From the NCBI GenBank assembly GCA_966112615.1, contig CBHWDO010000012.1, forward strand, positions 22,004 to 86,003: DNA of 64,000 nucleotides, in the 5' to 3' direction. Origin of the DNA: an uncultured bacterium. Its GTDB lineage: Bacteria > Bacteroidota > Bacteroidia > Chitinophagales > Chitinophagaceae. Below the pieces are notes generated by a model that was given only the letters and a program-made list of their open reading frames with translations, did not search any database and was not told the origin of the DNA. Of the stretch, positions 62,526 to 64,000 are shown one piece after another (positions within the stretch are counted from its first letter, which is position 1; the number at the start of each line of letters is the position of its first letter). The position numbers and the translations under genes were made by a program.

Positions 62526-64000
62526 TCGATCAACCTGATCACATAACTATAAGAATATTTTTTATCCAGTAACCTGTAATCCTGGTGTGGTAATGCACCC
62601 CAGCTGTTATCACCCCCCAATCCTCTTTGCTTATAATCAATCTGTAGATACACTTCCTGTCTAGGTTTGATATCAGTCGGATGCTGTTGCTTCTTTGTTA
62701 GTCCCGGATCCAGGTCCTCCGTTTTTACATTCAATGCACTGAAACAGATCGGCTGCACGCCTTCTACATGCAGCCCTTTCCCATTCTTATCAGTTAAGGA
62801 AATCCAGCGTACATCAGTCTTGTAGCCCGCTTCCTGCGGACGAATATAATTCCATGTCATCTGGTTCTTTACCTCATCTTTATACAATCCCACAAAAGAA
62901 GCAGATTTACGATCGCTGTAATTTTCCCATGGACCTCTTCCATAATATGCCAGGTTAGTATACGATGAAGGCAGCTCCATGCGCATTCCAAATCTTGGCA
63001 ATTCCGGAAGATCGCGACCGGTCATATCCATCGAGGCAGTCACTTTGATAGAACCATCATTATTAATGAAATATTCTATCACATATGGAACATTGATGCC
63101 TGTTAATTCATACTCAAGCTTAACATTCACTCCATCTGCAGTCTGATCACCGATGGTGCCATTCTTTAATTTCCTGTCGACATGCGCATTTCTCCAGATC
63201 CCCATTGTAACAGGCATATAACTTCCGAAATCATTATCAGTAGGAGCTCTCCAGAAATATGGTTCAGGATACACATTCATTTTGGTATTGCCATTCACAT
63301 ACTCTGCAATTCTTCCTGAACGGGTATCAATTCTTCCTTTCACTGTACCCGATGTAAAGCTGATGGTATTTCCCTGTTTGTTGATCTTCAGCTCACCTGC
63401 CGGAGCATCTTTGGCAAACCAGTCGCCCGCAAATTTGAATTGATCTCTTGCAATTTCATGATCAACAGGAACCAGCGCTGTTGCAGTTTTTGTTGTCGCA
63501 TACAGGTTGATAAAATACTCTGAACCCGCAACATCCTTGCGCATCGGGATATTCAGTGTGATGTCTTTTGATGTATGCGGTGCCAATGAAACTGTGAACG
63601 GTCCTTCATTTACCTTCTCTCCATTGCGATACAATTCCCACCTGAAATTAAATTGATCAAGATTGGTGAAATCATAAATATTCTCCACAGTAAATACTCC
63701 TCTTGCTGCATCCTTATTTTTGAAAAGGATCTTTGCATAAACTTTCTTCACTTCATATAATCCCGGATGTGGTGTACGGTCTGCAGCAACCAATCCATTC
63801 GCGCAGAAGTTCTCATCATTCTGCAAATGATAAGCACCAAGATCACCGCCATAGGCATAGAAAGGCCTCCCATCGCTGGTTTGCGTCAGCATGCCCTGGT
63901 CAACCCAATCCCAGATAAACCCGCCCTGCATATGTTTGCTTTTCCTGATGATATCAAAATACTCCTGGAAATTTCCGTTACTATTTCCCATAGCATGTGA
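62522..64000 (-). CDS. GH2 beta-galactosidase (LacZ-like), C-terminal ~490 aa. The N-terminus lies beyond the window end.
   Basis: The frame is open to position 64000. The sequence ...HAMGNSNGNFQEYFD...MQGGFIWDWVDQG matches the LacZ region AHAMGNSLGGF...LQGGFVWDWVDQS. The C-terminal beta-galactosidase small-chain domain is present. Confidence 0.88.
   Translation of the reverse strand, partial: SHAMGNSNGNFQEYFDIIRKSKHMQGGFIWDWVDQGMLTQTSDGRPFYAYGGDLGAYHLQNDENFCANGLVAADRTPHPGLYEVKKVYAKILFKNKDAARGVFTVENIYDFTNLDQFNFRWELYRNGEKVNEGPFTVSLAPHTSKDITLNIPMRKDVAGSEYFINLYATTKTATALVPVDHEIARDQFKFAGDWFAKDAPAGELKINKQGNTISFTSGTVKGRIDTRSGRIAEYVNGNTKMNVYPEPYFWRAPTDNDFGSYMPVTMGIWRNAHVDRKLKNGTIGDQTADGVNVKLEYELTGINVPYVIEYFINNDGSIKVTASMDMTGRDLPELPRFGMRMELPSSYTNLAYYGRGPWENYSDRKSASFVGLYKDEVKNQMTWNYIRPQEAGYKTDVRWISLTDKNGKGLHVEGVQPICFSALNVKTEDLDPGLTKKQQHPTDIKPRQEVYLQIDYKQRGLGGDNSWGALPHQDYRLLDKKYSYSYVIRLID

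Noticed and set aside
1-64000. A search for tRNA, rRNA, transposase, integrase, prophage or toxin-antitoxin modules.
   Set aside because: I saw no cloverleaf-like conserved tRNA arms (GTTCGAATC-type T-loops in a proper context) and no rRNA-like segments. No ORF carried DDE, tyrosine- or serine-recombinase or phage structural motifs. Absence is by eye only and should be confirmed with tRNAscan, Infernal and ISfinder-type searches.

Overview
This 64-kb chromosomal segment looks like a Bacteroidota genome. The evidence is two SusC/SusD pairs, a T9SS C-terminal sorting domain, lipoprotein signal peptides, and LytTR and HisKA_3 two-component systems. The lineage may be Chitinophagia- or Sphingobacteriia-like, but that cannot be proven from the sequence alone. 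I call about 50 protein genes. I recognised no rRNA, tRNA, CRISPR array, transposase or integrase.

Layout from left to right:
- 1-5.3 kb: a truncated outer-membrane barrel gene, a LytS/LytTR two-component pair, a serine hydrolase and an M28 peptidase.
- 5.5-10.2 kb: an orphan Arch_ATPase/DUF234 ATPase, a DUF2807 lipoprotein and a glycine-rich T9SS cargo protein.
- 10.3-18.2 kb: a visibly AT-rich block. It holds a 1115-aa cPLA2/patatin-like lipase with about 10 transmembrane (TM) helices inserted between its catalytic Ser and Asp, a predicted outer-membrane barrel partner, and a four-gene sensory module.
- 18.5-30 kb: an alpha-mannoside PUL (SusC, SusD, two GH92, LacI, ROK kinase) with palindromic operator candidates.
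- 30-39 kb: miscellaneous genes, including an orphan histidine kinase, an MRJP/yellow-family protein, cytochrome c, CSD and RRM RNA-binding proteins, a dienelactone hydrolase, a PAS kinase and a small operon of unknowns.
- 39-52 kb: a second PUL (SusC, SusD, a lipoprotein, a 930-aa fusion of an unknown domain to an FGE domain, GH127, LacI, and a divergent GH127-like gene). A shared 26-bp operator flanks its LacI gene.
- 52-56 kb: housekeeping genes (NDH-2, lipid kinase, SurE) and a disordered BON-domain protein.
- 56.3-62.5 kb: a hybrid kinase, a REC-only regulator, a TM-HEAT protein, a PgaC/YaiP-like processive GT2 and a divergent YaiO-type barrel.
- 62.5-64 kb: a truncated GH2 beta-galactosidase.

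The strongest candidates for something undescribed are:
1. The phosphorelay-coupled GT2/HEAT/YaiO polysaccharide module.
2. The membrane-inserted patatin lipase with its barrel partner.
3. A structured intergenic repeat family (GGCTGAAC boxes separated by cGAAg mini-hairpins) that sits exactly at the stop codons of three genes.

All functional calls come from reading motifs by eye. No database search was possible.
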